Source: an uncultured Thermoplasmatales archaeon
GTDB taxonomy: Archaea > Thermoplasmatota > E2 > DHVEG-1
Direction: 5' to 3'
Length of the DNA: 64,000 nt
Assembly (NCBI GenBank): GCA_964612945.1
Contig: CAZTFR010000002.1
Span: forward strand, 7,497 to 71,496
Part shown: positions 1-9,760 of the stretch, one piece after another
Layout: every line of letters starts with the position of its first letter
Position numbering within the stretch: position 1 is the first letter of the stretch
The notes under the pieces: generated by a model
Database searches by the model: none
Told to the model about the DNA's origin: nothing
What the model saw: the letters and a program-made list of their open reading frames with translations, nothing else
Made by a program: the position numbers and the translations under genes

Positions 1-512
1 TTTGCATGAGTTTGAAGGTCCATAGCGGTGAGAATATCGTTGATGTTTGCTCGGTTTTTGTAGAGTTTTGCAAAATACTCAAGTGTTTCTCGCACGGTTA
101 ATCGCTCAAATGAGTGGAATTCTTGGGGGAGTACACCGATTTTTTCTTTAACGTCGTTAAAGTGTGTTTTAATGTTTTTTCCCAGTAGATTGATGGTTCC
201 AGCGGTGGGTTGTCTGATGGATTCGATCATTTCTACGGTGGTTGTTTTGCCTGCTCCGTTTGGTCCGAGAAAGGCAAAGATGGTGCCTTGTTGTACTTGA
301 AAGGAGATGTTGTTTACTGCAACCAGGTTTCCGTATTCTTTTCGGAGTCCTTTAACTTCGATTGCGTGGGTTTTTTCTGTTTGCTCTCCGGGTAGTTTGA
401 TGCGTCCTTTTTGGTGGCAGTGTGGGCAGGTGACGATTTGGTATTCTCCTGGTGTGCCTGAAAAGGAGGTGATGTGGTTGCATTGTGGGCATTTAAAGGA
501 GTGTTTTGTCAT
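1..512 (-). CDS. ABC transporter ATP-binding protein with N-terminal C4 zinc ribbon (5' part only; C-terminus lies beyond the window start)
   Basis: Manual translation of the minus strand from the ATG at 512 gives MTKHSFKCPQCNHITSFSGTPGEYQIVTCPHCHQ...GLRKEYGNLVAVNNISFQVQQGTIFAFLGPNGAGKTT (Walker A). It is absent from the ORF track because it runs off the edge. Confidence 0.6.
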   Translation of the reverse strand, partial: MTKHSFKCPQCNHITSFSGTPGEYQIVTCPHCHQKGRIKLPGEQTEKTHAIEVKGLRKEYGNLVAVNNISFQVQQGTIFAFLGPNGAGKTTTVEMIESIRQPTAGTINLLGKNIKTHFNDVKEKIGVLPQEFHSFERLTVRETLEYFAKLYKNRANINDILTAMDLQTHA

Positions 513-596
513 AGGTCTTCTTGAAGAGATAACTCTTTTTTTATATTAATTAATAAAAGTGAATAAAAAAAGGTGTATTTATCTGTTCGCACCCTG

Positions 597-1313
597 CTAG
601 AGTTGTTTTTTCTCAGTCATGTTAAGTGATTCATCAAATGTGTAGAGGAGTGGTACGCCGGTGGGTATCTCCTGGTTGGGTATGTCGTGTTCGGAGATGT
701 TTTCGACATGCATAATGATGGATCGGAGGCTGTTTCCGTGTGCAGAGACTAGGACGGTGTGTCCTTGTTGTAGTTGTGGGATGATGTGTTTTTTGTAGTA
801 GGGGATGGTTCGTTCGCAGGTGTCTTTTAGGCTTTCTCCGTTGGGTGGGTTGACGTCGTAGCTCCGTCGCCAGAGGTGGACTTGTTCTTCGCCGTGTTTT
901 TCTCGTGTTTTTTGTTTGTTTAGCCCCTGGAGGTCTCCGTAGTATCGTTCGGCGAGATCAACGGAAATGTAGACTGGTATTTCGGTTGAGGAATCACCGG
1001 TGTGGTGTTCCCAGTCGCGGATGCGTTTGTCTTCGTGGTGGATGATGGGTGTGCGGTCGTCGTTGAGTTCGAGGAGGATGTAATGTAGGGTTTGTATTGC
1101 TCGGAGCATATGGGAGACAAATATGGTGTCAAAATGGATGTCTTTGAGTTTTTTTCCTGCGGTGATTGCTTCGTTGATTCCTTTTTCTGAGAGAGGGACG
1201 TCGACCCAGCCGGTGAATCGGTTTTCCAGGTTCCATTGTGATTGGCCGTGTCTGACGAGGATGAGTTGTGCCATGTTTTTCTTTACCGCCTTTGATTCTG
1301 AGTAGGAGGTCAT
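597..1313 (-). CDS. gpmA: 2,3-bisphosphoglycerate-dependent phosphoglycerate mutase (histidine phosphatase family)
   Basis: 238 aa, LILVRHGQSQWNLENRFTGW...SHMLRAIQT dPGM signature; ends with a TAG stop. Confidence 0.65.
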   Translation of the reverse strand: MTSYSESKAVKKNMAQLILVRHGQSQWNLENRFTGWVDVPLSEKGINEAITAGKKLKDIHFDTIFVSHMLRAIQTLHYILLELNDDRTPIIHHEDKRIRDWEHHTGDSSTEIPVYISVDLAERYYGDLQGLNKQKTREKHGEEQVHLWRRSYDVNPPNGESLKDTCERTIPYYKKHIIPQLQQGHTVLVSAHGNSLRSIIMHVENISEHDIPNQEIPTGVPLLYTFDESLNMTEKKQL

Positions 1314-1674
1314 TGTGTTGGTAGTATTAATTTTTAATTGTACTACGTCAAATTAGATGCTGATGCATTCTTTTTTTTTGAATTCTCTCTGCTGTATGCT
1401 TTTGTTTCTTCTGTTTTCTTCTTTTATTAAACTATGAGACTATTCTGTAAGGTATCTTACATGTTACTGTCCTTACATCATCTGATTAAAAATACTCGTC
1501 GGGAAACATAATTAGTATTATAGGCCCGAGGATAAAACCTGCCATCGTACTGTATTTTAGATTTTTCATTTCGTCTGCATTATATATAACACTAATGTAA
1601 AAAAACCCCAAAGCCTCTCACAGGTGTTCGAATAATTAAAGTCTCACGGGCTTGCATAACATCCTTTGTTCCAT

Positions 1675-2448
1675 TTATGGTATTATTAGGTGATCGGGTC
1701 CATAGGTGAGGACGTCATCTTCAAGCCCAGAAATATGGATTTTCCATTCCACGTTATGAATATCATATTGTCCTTTATTCTGAATTATTGTTGATATATA
1801 GAACAGGCGATTTCTATTTTTCACCGAAATCTCCGTGGTCATATTGATCACAATTGGTTCCGACCAATTGGATTCCAAACCTGGGGAATCCCGTGCCTTC
1901 ACACGGACCTTAAAAAAACCTTGATCATGCCATTTATGACCAAATCGGAAGGGGATATCATGTTCATTCAGAAGGCTCCAACCTGTGGTGGTGCCATCAC
2001 CCCAGTCGATATAATAAGAAACCGGATGTCTCTCCGGGTCTCTTGCAGTCACCCAGAATCTATGGTCATCATGGACTTCTCCCTTTGTCGGCCCGGTGAA
2101 CTCCAGGATCTCCGGTGGAGTACTTTCCTTGATGGTCCCAAAGGCGTGAAGGTAACAGAATTCTGAGGTATGGTGAAAACCAAAAGAGACAACCTACAGT
2201 GTTCCATCTGCGCCGATACAGGGTGCTGCTTCGCCACCATCAGTAAAGCAGAGTGTTTTACGCCATTTTTCTGTTCCGTCGGATCGTATGGCATACAGAA
2301 TGCTGTCTTTATAATATTCATGGTTGGTGACAAAGTAGATGGTACCATCTGGCCTGTTACAGGGTGTTCCTCCTCGGACAATTAATAGCAGTAGTGAGCT
2401 TGGCCTTGACACGATTTTCAATGGAACAATCAAGACAAGTGATCTTAC
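1675..2448 (-). pseudogene. Remnant of a secreted PQQ-like beta-propeller / PKD-domain protein. It is N-terminally truncated and interrupted by an in-frame TAG at 2194-2196.
   Basis: ORFs 2194..2433(-) and 1675..2052(-) are in the same frame. Manual translation across the junction gives ...GADGTL*VVSFGFHH...FWVTARDPERHPVSYYIDWGDGTTTGW...H.W...G.F.V.V.A.D..G..S.WS (PKD signature). The upstream part carries PQQ-like DGT...DGT repeats, and a TAA lies in frame at 2449-2451. Confidence 0.4.
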
Positions 2449-2635
2449 TTATGGAAGCGGTATGTATCGTGTGTATGCGGCGTTGTGTGATCCTGATGGT
2501 GAGGTGTTGGTGACGAGTGATGAGGTGGTGCTTGCTGCTTGGTGGGAGTTTACTGCTGATGTAGAGTAAAAATAATAAGAGACAGTATTTCCCTTTTCCC
2601 CTTTTTTTTGATTTACTTCAGCATGAAAAAGAAAT

Positions 2636-4132
2636 TTATTGGTATATTGTTTTGTATTTGTCTTTCAGATACTCTAAATAGGTTGTAGCGTGAAGGCTGT
2701 TTCCGCAGGCTTTTTTGATGATGTGATCGGCGGTGTGTTTGCGTCCTTGCTGATGGATATGGGTACGTAGCCATTGCAGTATCCTTGTAAAATCATTCTG
2801 TCGAATATCTTCTTCGATGCGAGGATGCCTGGTTTTGAGTGCCTGGTAGAGTTGTGCAGCGTAGATTGAACCTATGGCGTAGGTGGGGAAGTATCCGAAG
2901 CTTCCTCCACTCCAATGCATGTCCTGAAGCACTCCTTCGACATCATGTTTCGGGGTGACACCGAGGTATTCCTGCATTGTTTCATTCCACCTTTCAGGTA
3001 GATCGTGAATGCGTATTTCCCCGTTGATGAGTTGTAGTTCGAGTTCGAATCGAAGGATGACATGCAGGCAGTAGGTGAGTTCATCTGCTTCTACACGGAT
3101 AAGAGATGGTCGTACAGCGTTGATGTGTTGATACCACTCTTCACGTGTGAAAGAGATATGATCTGGTCCGATGATGTGTTGTAGTTTTGGGTAAAATCCC
3201 TGCCAAAAGGGGTAGCTTCGTGCAATCATGTTCTCCCAGAATCGTGATTGTGATTCATGAAGCCCCAGTGAGGGTGCATCAGATATCACGGTGTCTGCGT
3301 ACTCTTTCTGGGGAAGACCAAGCTCGTAGAGGGCATGTCCTGCCTCATGGATGGTTGAAAAAAAAGAAAATAAAGGGCTTTCCTGTTTGTAGTTGGTGGT
3401 GATGCGTACATCATTTCTGCCAAGGGAGGTGGTGAATGGATGTGTGGATTGATCCAGTCGGGCGCAATCGGTAGGAAACAGAAGATCTGATAACACCTGG
3501 TCTCCCATCTGTTGTTGTTTTTCAAGGGGAATTGACATAGGTTTTATTTCTTGTTTTTTGTCTAGGTGAAGCTGTTCGAGGAGGCGTGTCAGCTCCTTTC
3601 GTAGGGTGTGAAACTCACGTTTGAGAACGTCTACGGTCATCCCCTCCTCGTAGTCATCCAGCAGGCTGTTATAGGCAGGTCCGGGGAGGTCGATGTAGGT
3701 GCAGTACTCTTGTTCGAGGGTGATGATTTGTTTGAGATGTGGTGCAAATACGCTGTACTTTTTTGCACTGCGTGCCTGTTCCCATGCCTGGTAGGCAAGG
3801 GTGGTGGTTTTTGCCATTTTTTCGACAAAGCTTGAGGGTATTTTTCGTGCTTTATCGACATCTTTTTTCAATCGGCTGAGTACCAGTTGCTGATCTTTTT
3901 TGAGCTGTTCAAAAATGTCAGGTCGAGTAAGATGAGTGATGTGTTTATAGAACGAATCAGAGGTGACTTTTTCATGGGCCAGACGGCTGAGCAGAGAGAG
4001 TTGTTTTGAGCGATCCGCAGCTGCCTTGCTGGGCATATAGGTCATCTGATCCCAGCCGAGCAGTGCAGAGATTTCACCAAAGGTTCCTAGTTCTTTTTGT
4101 TGTTGATAGACAAAACTAAGGGAGTCTTTCAT
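2636..4132 (-). CDS. Carboxypeptidase Taq-like metallocarboxypeptidase (peptidase M32)
   Basis: 498 aa, HEAGHALYE zinc motif, M32-typical length; overlaps xth by 4 nt. Confidence 0.75.
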   Translation of the reverse strand: MKDSLSFVYQQQKELGTFGEISALLGWDQMTYMPSKAAADRSKQLSLLSRLAHEKVTSDSFYKHITHLTRPDIFEQLKKDQQLVLSRLKKDVDKARKIPSSFVEKMAKTTTLAYQAWEQARSAKKYSVFAPHLKQIITLEQEYCTYIDLPGPAYNSLLDDYEEGMTVDVLKREFHTLRKELTRLLEQLHLDKKQEIKPMSIPLEKQQQMGDQVLSDLLFPTDCARLDQSTHPFTTSLGRNDVRITTNYKQESPLFSFFSTIHEAGHALYELGLPQKEYADTVISDAPSLGLHESQSRFWENMIARSYPFWQGFYPKLQHIIGPDHISFTREEWYQHINAVRPSLIRVEADELTYCLHVILRFELELQLINGEIRIHDLPERWNETMQEYLGVTPKHDVEGVLQDMHWSGGSFGYFPTYAIGSIYAAQLYQALKTRHPRIEEDIRQNDFTRILQWLRTHIHQQGRKHTADHIIKKACGNSLHATTYLEYLKDKYKTIYQ

Positions 4133-4920
4133 GTATGTTCACCTTCAACGTCAAGTTCGATTCCTACAGGGCAGTGATCTGATCCCATTACGTCAGGGAG
4201 GATGTAGGCGTCTTTGAGATGAGGCTTAAGTTCTTTGTTGATGAAGAAATAGTCGATGCGCCATCCAACGTTTCGCTCTCGGGCACGTGTTTTGTAGTCC
4301 CACCAGCTGTACTGTTCAGCTTCTTTATGGAACTGTCGAAAGGTGTCGATGTAGCCATGGTCGATGAAGGTGTCAAGCCAGCCCCGTTCGACGGGCAGAA
4401 ACCCGGAGTTTTTTTCGTTTTCTTTAGGTCGAGCAAGATCGATTTCTTTGTGTGCAGTGTTGAAATCACCACAGACGATGATATGTTCACCCTGTGCTCT
4501 GAGGTTGTCTGTATAGGAGAGAAAGGTATCGTAGAAGTCAAGTTTATACTCGAGTCGTTCCTTGTTTTTTTTGCCGTTAGGAAAGTAGATGTTAAACAGA
4601 GTGAACTGGGGGTATTTGCTAATCAGGATACGTCCTTCGGAATCGAATCGTTCGATGCCAAATCCTTTCAAAACTTCGGTGGGTTGTGGTTTAGAGTAAG
4701 TAGCAACGCCGCTATATCCTTTTTTCTGGGCGGAATGAAAAACAATGTGATAGCCTGGTGTGTTGCGTAGATAGGGGGGTATTTGATCTTTTGAGGCCTT
4801 GATTTCTTGCAGGCAGAGGATATCTGGTTGTTTGTTTTGAAACCAGGTGAAAAGTCCCTTACGATCCGCTGCTCTGATTCCGTTGACGTTCCAGCAGAGA
4901 ATATGCATATAGGTTCTCAT
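4129..4920 (-). CDS. xth: Exodeoxyribonuclease III / AP endonuclease (EEP family)
   Basis: 263 aa, MHILCWNVNGIRA... and C-terminal ...GSDHCPV motifs of ExoIII/APE1. Confidence 0.8.
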   Translation of the reverse strand: MRTYMHILCWNVNGIRAADRKGLFTWFQNKQPDILCLQEIKASKDQIPPYLRNTPGYHIVFHSAQKKGYSGVATYSKPQPTEVLKGFGIERFDSEGRILISKYPQFTLFNIYFPNGKKNKERLEYKLDFYDTFLSYTDNLRAQGEHIIVCGDFNTAHKEIDLARPKENEKNSGFLPVERGWLDTFIDHGYIDTFRQFHKEAEQYSWWDYKTRARERNVGWRIDYFFINKELKPHLKDAYILPDVMGSDHCPVGIELDVEGEHT

Positions 4921-5044
4921 GATTCGTCAGCTGTTTATAAAAATTACATTGTTTGCCGAACTGAATACTTTCAATGAACCCCCCTTGAGATATATAAAGA
5001 ACAAACTCCTTTGCGGGTTTAACATGACGCACGATACGGGGGAC

Positions 5045-5152
<108 letters not shown>

Positions 5153-5191
5153 CACAATTCTTTTTTAATACAAGAAGTATGTGGGGCATAC

Positions 5192-5974
5192 ATGATCATT
5201 CTCAAACTAGGAGGAAGTGTGATCACTGATAAATCAAAAGTGCATCATTTTCATAAAGAAACTATGGCCCGTCTTGCAGCTGAAATCAAAAAAGCAGATA
5301 AGCAGTGTATCGTGATTCATGGTGCCGGATCGTTTGGTCATATTCCCGCAAAGAAATATCAGCTCAGTAAGGGATATGAGAACTCGGATCAACTCCTCGG
5401 TGTCTGCGAAACACAGGGCAGTGTCTTTGCGCTGAACACCTTGGTTGTTTCGGCGTTGCATCAGGCTGGTGTTTGTGCCGTGTCACTGCCACCGCGTGCT
5501 ATGCTCCAGCTCGAGCATCAAAAGCTTAACAAGTTTTCCTTTGATCTCTTCGAAGGCTACCTTTCCCTTGGATTCACCCCGGTAAGCTTTGGAGATGTAG
5601 TACTCGATACCAAACAGGGCTTTGCGATCTGCTCTGGGGATCTTCTCATCAGCACGCTCGTCCGTCATTTCAAACCTGAAAAGGTTGTCTTTGTCTTTGA
5701 CGAGGATGGCCTCTACACCGCAAATCCCAAGCACAATGCCGATGCTACCCTTGTCAATACAATTTCAGTTGATGATTTTCCCCGTGTAGGCCTTCAGGCA
5801 GACACACATGATGATGTCACCCAGGGCATGCGGGGAAAGCTACAGGTCATAAAAGAAATTGCCTCGCAGGGGATTGATAGCTTTCTTGTCAACGGTAATA
5901 TAGATAACAGGCTTTATCATACACTGATGGGAAAAGAAACCATTCATACCAGAATTATTGGAGGGCCCCTATGA
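5192..5974 (+). CDS. ipk: Isopentenyl phosphate kinase (amino-acid kinase fold)
   Basis: 260 aa, MIILKLGGSVITDK...IHGAGSFGH; first gene of an archaeal alternative-mevalonate operon; stop overlaps the next ATG. Confidence 0.75.
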   Translation: MIILKLGGSVITDKSKVHHFHKETMARLAAEIKKADKQCIVIHGAGSFGHIPAKKYQLSKGYENSDQLLGVCETQGSVFALNTLVVSALHQAGVCAVSLPPRAMLQLEHQKLNKFSFDLFEGYLSLGFTPVSFGDVVLDTKQGFAICSGDLLISTLVRHFKPEKVVFVFDEDGLYTANPKHNADATLVNTISVDDFPRVGLQADTHDDVTQGMRGKLQVIKEIASQGIDSFLVNGNIDNRLYHTLMGKETIHTRIIGGPL

Positions 5975-7017
5975 ACATCACGGAGCAACGAAAACGTGAT
6001 CACATCCAGATCTCACTTGATGAAAACATCTCTGCACATCACAACTACTGGGATGATGTCCATCTTGTCCATAATGCATTACCGGAGATCAATGTAGATG
6101 AAATTGATACCACCATCGCGCTGTTTAAAAAAAAACTTAGTGCACCCTTGGTTATATCGGCGATGACCGGAGGGTATGCACAGGGAAAACATATCAATGA
6201 AAATCTGGCTAAGGCCGCCGAAAAATTTCAACTTGCAATGGGCGTGGGATCACAACGAGCAGCCTTGGAAAACAAGGATCTTATTCAGACCTACAGCGTC
6301 ATCAAGGAGTATGATATTCCCCTTAAAATCGCAAACATCGGAGCCTCACAACTCGCACTCTGGGATAAAAAAAAGATATTGAACAATGCAAACGCCATTG
6401 TCGACATGATTAATGCTGACATCCTTGCAGTATGCTTGAATTTTCTTCAAGAAGTCGTGCAACCTGAAGGAGAAGCCCATGCAAAAGGATGCCTGGAAAA
6501 AATCACAATGCTTTCTAAAGAGTTCAACCGACCGATTCTCATCAAAGAAAGCGGCGCGGGCATCTCAGGAACCGTGGCAAGTAAATTACGAAAAACAAAC
6601 ATCGCCGGCATCGACATCGGCGGCCTGGGCGGCACCTCTTTTTCCGCCGTGGAATACTACCGAGCCAAACAAGCAGCTGATGAATTTAACATGCGCGAAG
6701 GACAAACCTTCTGGGATTGGGGTATACCCACCCCAACAGCTCTTCTTCAAACCGGCCAAGCAACCGGGTGGGATCTTCCCCTTATCGCAACCGGTGGCAT
6801 CAGAAATGGTCTTGACGTAGCAAAAGCAATACCTCTTGGGGCAAATGCAGCAGGCATCGCCCATGCCCTCCTCAAACCTGCCACTAAAACCGCAGATGCA
6901 ACCACCTTCGAACTCGAGGTTATCATCAGAGAATTAACCACGGCGATGTTTCTTGTTGGCGCAGAAAAGGTAACTGATCTTTCAGGTGTGAAAGTCCATT
7001 ATGAACCTCATTACTAA
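5971..7017 (+). CDS. fni: Isopentenyl-diphosphate delta-isomerase type 2 (FMN-dependent)
   Basis: 348 aa TIM-barrel, ...VISAMTGG... and Gly-rich FMN motifs; 4-nt overlap with ipk. Confidence 0.8.
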   Translation: MNITEQRKRDHIQISLDENISAHHNYWDDVHLVHNALPEINVDEIDTTIALFKKKLSAPLVISAMTGGYAQGKHINENLAKAAEKFQLAMGVGSQRAALENKDLIQTYSVIKEYDIPLKIANIGASQLALWDKKKILNNANAIVDMINADILAVCLNFLQEVVQPEGEAHAKGCLEKITMLSKEFNRPILIKESGAGISGTVASKLRKTNIAGIDIGGLGGTSFSAVEYYRAKQAADEFNMREGQTFWDWGIPTPTALLQTGQATGWDLPLIATGGIRNGLDVAKAIPLGANAAGIAHALLKPATKTADATTFELEVIIRELTTAMFLVGAEKVTDLSGVKVHYEPHY

Positions 7018-7984
7018 ACTCCAAGAATATGCCGACCAGTTCAACGAGTACTGGGAATCATATCTCCGCATTAAAAAACCACAGACACTATACAAGGCAG
7101 CAGCGCATCTTCCCCATGGTGGCGGTAAACGACTCCGGCCTACACTCAGCATGCTTGCCTGTGAAAGCGTCGGTGGCACACGAAAACAAGCACTTCCCTT
7201 CGGCGCCTCACTTGAACTTACTCATAACTTCACCCTTGTCCACGATGACATCATGGATCATTCACAACTTCGACGAAACCTTCCCACCGTTCATCTTAAA
7301 TACGGCGAACCCACCGCCATTCTCGCCGGTGATCTGATGTTTACCACCTCCTTTCAAGCCATGCAAGATGCCCCAGTTGCATCACATATTTTGAAACAAC
7401 TTAACCAAGGACTCATTGCCTGTGTTCTTGCCATCTGCGAGGGACAACAACTTGACATAGAATTCGAACAAAAAGATCACATCACCGAACAAGAATATTT
7501 CGAGATGATCACCAAAAAAACAGCAGTCCTTTTTGAGTTTGCCGCATACGGCGGTGCTCTTATTGCTGGCGGAACAGAGCAGCAAGCACACGCTCTGAAA
7601 AACTATGGAAGACAACTTGGACTTGCCTTTCAGATCTGGGATGACTATCTCGACATGAGCAGCGATGAAGAAACACTTGGAAAAGACATCGGAAATGACA
7701 TACGCAATGGAAAAAAAACACTTATTGCCGTTTACGCACTTGAACATGCAACAGGCGCACAAAAGCAACTCCTTCAGCGCGTATTTGGCAATGCACAGGC
7801 AACTGATGAAGACATAAGACAAGTATGTAGCATATTCAAAGAAATCGGTGCTATACTCTATGCCCGGGACAAAGCAAGGCAGTTCAACAAACAAGCAAAA
7901 CAAGAACTCGCCATGCTCCCAAAGAGCAAGGCAAAAACAATACTACATGACCTGGCAGATTTTGCCATCGAGCGGGAAACATAA
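7001..7984 (+). CDS. idsA: Geranylgeranyl diphosphate synthase (trans-prenyltransferase)
   Basis: 327 aa with FARM LVHDDIMD and SARM IWDDYLD motifs. Confidence 0.8.
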   Translation: MNLITKLQEYADQFNEYWESYLRIKKPQTLYKAAAHLPHGGGKRLRPTLSMLACESVGGTRKQALPFGASLELTHNFTLVHDDIMDHSQLRRNLPTVHLKYGEPTAILAGDLMFTTSFQAMQDAPVASHILKQLNQGLIACVLAICEGQQLDIEFEQKDHITEQEYFEMITKKTAVLFEFAAYGGALIAGGTEQQAHALKNYGRQLGLAFQIWDDYLDMSSDEETLGKDIGNDIRNGKKTLIAVYALEHATGAQKQLLQRVFGNAQATDEDIRQVCSIFKEIGAILYARDKARQFNKQAKQELAMLPKSKAKTILHDLADFAIERET

Positions 7985-7987
7985 CGC

Positions 7988-9706
7988 ATGTCTTCAAACA
8001 AAAAAATAACAGAAACCGCACGAAAATACGCCCTCCAAAATGCTGTCCACTTCAATGGAACCGCACATCCCAAGGCGGTTATTGGAAAAGTGATTGCCGC
8101 CTTCAAAGATTCTGCGATTCAGCCACAAGAAATTATTCCTATCGTTCAAAAAATAGTCCAAGAAGTAAACACGTTTTCAATTGATCAACAACGACAGGAA
8201 CTGGAAACACTGGCGCCTGAGCTTCTTGTCAAAGAAAAAAAAGAACGTGATTTTTCACTCCCCCCACTTTCTAATGCAGAGAATGGAAAGGTTGTTACCC
8301 GCTTTCCACCTGAGCCAAACGGTTATCTACACATCGGACACGCCAAAGCAGCAATTATCGATTACCAGTATGCTCGACTGTATGAAGGTATCTTCATCCT
8401 TCGCTTTGATGATACCAACCCGGAACATGCAGACCCTGAGTTTTACGATGCACAAAAAGAAGATCTTCACTGGCTTGATATCCAATGGCAAAAAGAGTAT
8501 TGCACCTCAAATAACCTTGAGACACATTACAAACTCGCCGAGCAATTACTCCGCCAGGGAGATGCCTATCTCTGTAAATGCACCCCTGAGACCATAAAAA
8601 AGGGACGCTACTTTGGCAAAGCCTGCAGCTGCCGTAACGGAATCGGTGAAGAAGCGATAGATCGTTGGCATCTGCTCCTACACTCTGGTGAAACCAACGC
8701 AGGGATCCTTCGTCTGAAAGGAAATATGAGCAGTGTGAATACTGCCATGCGTGATCCCACCCTGTTTCGCATCATCGAGTCACCACATCCTCTTCAGGGT
8801 GACAAATATCGCATGTGGCCAACGTATGATTTCGCCGGTGCAGTTGAAGACAGCATCAGCGGGGTAACCCATCCCTTTCGTACCAAAGAATATGAACTCA
8901 GAGACGAAGTCTACTTTCACATTTTAAGCCTTCTTGATCTCCGGTGCCCTCATCTCATGGAATTCTCCCGACTATCCATCACCGGCATGCCTGTCTCAAA
9001 ACGAAAAATCAAACCTCTCATCGACAGTGGACAAGTAGACGGCTATGATGACATCCGGCTGCCAACCCTCCGGGGACTTCAAAAACGCGGAATCTTACCA
9101 GAGGCGATTAAAAACTTTGTGCTCTCCCAAGGCATCTCAAAGGTGGAATCCTCAGTTGACTTTAGCCTTCTTGAAGCTGAAAACAGAAAACTTCTTGACC
9201 CACAGGTTAAACGCCTCTTTTTTGTAGCAAATCCAATCTGTCTTCATGTCACCGATGCACCACATAAAACCGTCTCCTTACCCTATCATCCATCTAATGA
9301 TTTAGGAAAACGAACTATGCAGACGGGGAATACGTTTTTTATCGACCGAACTGATGCAGCACAGATAAACAAAGGTGAGATCTTCCGTCTTAAAGGACTC
9401 TATAACATCCGTTTAACTGAGAAAGGCAAAAATCTATCAGGCGAATTTGCTGGTGAAAAGATTATCCCTGAATCCTCAAAGATACAATGGACACCTGAAG
9501 ATTATATTTCAATGGATGTTAGTATTCCTGATTTGTTGTTTCATAAGGATTCCTTCAATGAAAAAAGTCTTACCCGTATCAAAGGATATGCAGAGCCCGC
9601 AGTTAAAACGGTATCCCATGGGGAACAGGTACAATTTGAACGCTTCGGCTTTGTGCGCATTAGTAAATCTGACAACAAAATCCAGGCCTTTTTTACTCAC
9701 AAGTAA
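7988..9706 (+). CDS. gltX: Glutamyl-tRNA synthetase, archaeal type
   Basis: 572 aa, class I HIGH motif PPEPNGYLHIGHAKAA; length typical of archaeal GluRS; 3 nt after idsA. Confidence 0.75.
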   Translation: MSSNKKITETARKYALQNAVHFNGTAHPKAVIGKVIAAFKDSAIQPQEIIPIVQKIVQEVNTFSIDQQRQELETLAPELLVKEKKERDFSLPPLSNAENGKVVTRFPPEPNGYLHIGHAKAAIIDYQYARLYEGIFILRFDDTNPEHADPEFYDAQKEDLHWLDIQWQKEYCTSNNLETHYKLAEQLLRQGDAYLCKCTPETIKKGRYFGKACSCRNGIGEEAIDRWHLLLHSGETNAGILRLKGNMSSVNTAMRDPTLFRIIESPHPLQGDKYRMWPTYDFAGAVEDSISGVTHPFRTKEYELRDEVYFHILSLLDLRCPHLMEFSRLSITGMPVSKRKIKPLIDSGQVDGYDDIRLPTLRGLQKRGILPEAIKNFVLSQGISKVESSVDFSLLEAENRKLLDPQVKRLFFVANPICLHVTDAPHKTVSLPYHPSNDLGKRTMQTGNTFFIDRTDAAQINKGEIFRLKGLYNIRLTEKGKNLSGEFAGEKIIPESSKIQWTPEDYISMDVSIPDLLFHKDSFNEKSLTRIKGYAEPAVKTVSHGEQVQFERFGFVRISKSDNKIQAFFTHK

Positions 9707-9760
9707 ACTTTTTAAATCTCTTCTCAATTCTTATAGGGAGAAGGGATGTAATCTGTCGGG

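Noticed and set aside
210-549. Plus-strand ORFs 210..395 and 307..549
   Set aside because: They are antisense to the Zn-ribbon/ABC ATPase gene, whose Walker A motif is clear, and have Cys/Trp-rich nonsense composition.
2194-2196. In-frame TAG as pyrrolysine or programmed read-through
   Set aside because: TAG is used as a genuine stop for gpmA (597-599) in the same window and no pyl genes are present here. The flanking gene is also N-terminally truncated, favouring a pseudogene.
7382-8106. Minus-strand ORFs 7382..7903 and 7858..8106 (Cys/Phe-rich)
   Set aside because: They lie antisense within idsA/gltX, which carry unambiguous FARM/SARM and HIGH motifs. Shadow ORFs.
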